A model generated the notes under the pieces. It did not search any database, was not told the DNA's origin, and saw nothing but the letters and a program-made list of their open reading frames with translations. Shown piece by piece: positions 62,200 through 64,000 of a stretch of DNA of 64,000 bases. Every line of letters begins with the position of its first letter. Positions within the stretch are counted from its first letter, which is position 1. Source of the DNA: Eledone cirrhosa (taxonomy: Eukaryota). The stretch covers positions 240,064,001 to 240,128,000 of the forward strand of contig OZ024742.1 in the NCBI GenBank assembly GCA_964016885.1. The letters are read 5' to 3'. The position numbers were made by a program, and so were the translations under genes.

Positions 62200-62877
62200 A
62201 AACTCATTTTTTGCTAGCTGAGTGGACTGGAGCAACATGAAATAAAGTGTCTTGCTGAAGAACACAGCGCACAACCTGGTATGAGAATCAAAATCACGAC
62301 CTTATGAACACCCTAGCCACTAAGCCACATGTCTTCACACATTTGCTACAAATCAATCTTAGTAGTGAAATACTTAATACTTTCATTAAGTCCTTCCAAA
62401 TGTTTCAGGAATTTATTTATGATAAAAACTGTATAAGCATGATATTATTTACAGTAACAACAATAATAATATTAATTGTTTCTACTTTTGGCACAAGGCC
62501 AGCAATTACCCAGTGCATTACTGGTAATTTATTTTATCGACCCCGTAAGGATGAAAGGCAAAGTTAACCTCGGCGAGATTTGAACTCAGATCATAAAGGG
62601 ATGTAACTCTATGCTTCAAAGCATGGCGTCTGACCCTCTACTGATACTGCCAATCCACCGCCCTCAATAATAATAATTATTATTTCTACTTTTGGCACAA
62701 GGCCAGCTATTACTCCAGTGTATTACTGGTACTTTATTTTATCAACCCCATAAGGATGAAAGGCAAAGTTAACCTCGGCGTCAATAATAATAATAATTGT
62801 TTCTACTTTAGGCACAAGGCCAGCAATTACCCAGTGCATTACTGGTACTTTATTTTATCGACTCCGTAAGGATGACA
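62200..62877 (-). mobile_element. Degenerate S1-like SINE (62200-62340) followed by three tandem S2 SINE pieces (62478-62877)
   Basis: tttctacttt(t/a)ggcacaaggccagc..ttttatcgaccccgtaaggatga occurs three times, with (AAT)n linkers. Confidence 0.75.
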
Positions 62878-62999
62878 ACTATAATGAAAGATAGAGAAAG
62901 AAAGAAGAAAAAGAACAGAAAATGACAGGAAGGGAAGGGGATGGGAAGAGCTCTTATATCGCAGAAGTGAAGGAGGAGGGTGATTGGGCTTTGGGGCTA

Positions 63000-63425
63000 G
63001 CGCAAGAGGGTAGAAGTGCTGCGCCCTGCGGACAAAACAGCAAAAGCATTCCCATGGACAATGGCCAGTGACACCTGAGCAAAAGCCACCCAACCTCGCG
63101 GGCCTCCTTCCTCAGACGGGCCACCGACACTCTGATCTTGCGGAATCCAAGTACACCTGAGATCTCAACAGCAACCGGTGCGAAGAGGAAGCGGCTGGAC
63201 AAACCCCATCTTTGTTTATTTTACATTATTCTGCGAGGCAGGGTGCAGTGCCAGGGTTTGTGACCGAAGCAACTAAGTTGGAGGCGGAGAACATGTTTCA
63301 GCAGGTGGCATCCCAGATGAGGGATCTACCTCCTTCGAATGGGAAGAGGGTGATTCCGTTGGGGCGCTTGCCATCTCTGTGGTCTAGACCTGCTGGCTTC
63401 AGTTGAGATGGAAAGCCAGCTGCGT
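63000..63425 (-). mobile_element. Second RLE-type (CRE-like) retrotransposon C-terminal fragment
   Basis: [33 protein letters not shown] and APVAVE.SGVLG, homologous to 51220-51830. Confidence 0.78.
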
Positions 63426-64000
63426 TAATTGAAATATTAGAAATATGGTAACAAAAGTGTTCAAATGAGTGGGTTTGTTTCATAGTACCAGAGCTGGTTT
63501 TAGCTGAAGTTGTATTAAAAGGCTTGAGGTGACTGTTTAGTTGGCCTGCACTATAGTGCCAGCCTTGACCATCACTAACAACTGTATAGAGGATTAAAGA
63601 GTTACTGCAGTATGACAGGAACTAAGTTGAGGCAAACAGGAGCATTTGAGTGGCAACTACTGTTGAGTAGTCATTGAAGCCATTGAATTTGTGTTTAGAA
63701 CTTAATAGGTGGCTAGATGAGAGATTTGTGAGATGAACTTGAACTGAAAAGTGTGTATTTGTAAGTATGTATGGTGATGGAGAACTGTGACAGGAAACTT
63801 GTTTAGTTGTACAAGATTAGCTTTTGTAATATGAGTGCTGTTGAGATATAGTAGCAGAAATAAGTAGAATTCACTACTAAACTTCAGTGGATGGATACAC
63901 CTTTTGCTATATAACAACCAACCACCACTTGTTTGTGGTTTAATAAGGTTCTATTTTGGCAGTATCAGTATAGTGTCGGACACCATGCTTCGCGGCATAG

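Overview
Eukaryotic, AT-rich animal DNA with no prokaryotic features. The repeat content looks cephalopod/octopus-like (inference only). The one convincing host coding sequence is the first coding exon of liprin-alpha (PPFIA, 45513-45274, minus strand, canonical GT donor), with a promoter-like patch near 45.9 kb. Positions 1-45273 are therefore probably part of one very large liprin-alpha intron. That stretch is dominated by interrupted (TA)n/(TACA) arrays up to 3.3 kb. About 20 5'-truncated RTE-clade LINE copies (families called A-D here) and RTE-tailed tRNA-derived SINEs lie in or against TA runs. All carry a (GAT)n-type tail, and families A-C have a C4HC3 PHD-type finger inserted inside the RT region. 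Also present: MITE/foldback elements, a Helitron-like 3' end, a decayed CR1-like LINE, two RLE-type (CRE-like) fragments and a minisatellite with a 624-bp higher-order repeat. The main leads are (1) a (TA)n-homing RTE/SINE system with a PHD finger and swapped 3' modules, and (2) a strong strand bias in the array interruptions (A>G on the liprin sense strand). Most long ORFs in the supplied track are translations of the microsatellite.
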